From Armatimonadota bacterium (GTDB lineage: Bacteria > Sysuimicrobiota > Sysuimicrobiia > Sysuimicrobiales > Humicultoraceae), in the NCBI GenBank assembly GCA_052386995.1, contig JBQTJP010000238.1, forward strand, positions 1 through 25,436: a stretch of 25,436 nucleotides of DNA. Direction: 5' to 3'. Position 1 is the stretch's first letter. The number at the start of each line of letters is the position of its first letter. The position numbers and the translations under genes are program-made. Positions 25,294 through 25,436 of this stretch are shown here, piece after piece. The notes beneath the pieces were generated by a model. It was not told the DNA's origin. It saw only the letters and a list, made by a program, of their open reading frames with translations, and made no database searches.

Positions 25294-25436
25294 CACAACG
25301 CCTCAGGGAACTCTCGATAGATCTCCAGATCGTGTGCGGAGGTTCTCGAGAAGGCGACCCCGTCTTCATCCCGCCAGCTGACCTTCGTCGTCACCTGTTT
25401 GGGCTGGCTAGACTTGAAGTACACGGCCGCCGAATC
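25293..25436 (-). CDS. 3' end of a hypothetical protein, truncated by the window edge
   Basis: Open frame DSAAVYFKSSQPKQVTTKVSWRDEDGVAFSRTSAHDLEIYREFPEAL* whose TGA overlaps the next start (GTGATG). Not in the ORF track. Confidence 0.65.
   Translation of the reverse strand, partial: DSAAVYFKSSQPKQVTTKVSWRDEDGVAFSRTSAHDLEIYREFPEAL

Noticed and set aside
1..25436. CRISPR array, tRNA/rRNA, IS or prophage
   Set aside because: No regularly spaced repeats, RNA gene signatures, transposase/integrase motifs or terminal inverted repeats seen by eye.

Overview
GC-rich bacterial chromosomal window, densely coding (23 CDS including one partial). I saw no rRNA, tRNA, CRISPR array or transposase. The left half carries a BCP-type peroxiredoxin, mobA, a translationally coupled HEAT-repeat + HD-GYP pair whose proteins share a paralogous ~135-aa N-terminal domain, a tripartite tricarboxylate transporter (TctC plus a TctA-TctB fusion), an exported OB-fold protein, an orphan hybrid sensor kinase and an exported two-domain protein. 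The right half is a nucleoside salvage/catabolism neighbourhood. On the + strand are a LOG-family nucleotide nucleosidase and an amidohydrolase that closely matches fungal uracil-5-carboxylate (iso-orotate) decarboxylase. They converge on a minus-strand run of ribokinase, a CUT1 ABC importer, two nucleoside hydrolases, a variant uridine phosphorylase, a fused ABC-2 ATPase-permease and a membrane-anchored exported protein. Two short gene remnants (a glyoxalase/VOC N-terminus and a histidine kinase C-terminus) mark probable deletion junctions. The best candidate for an undescribed system is a bacterial salvage route for modified (5-carboxy) pyrimidine nucleosides. All family calls are from motif recognition, not database searches. 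Several starts were moved from the ORF track using RBS or overlap evidence.
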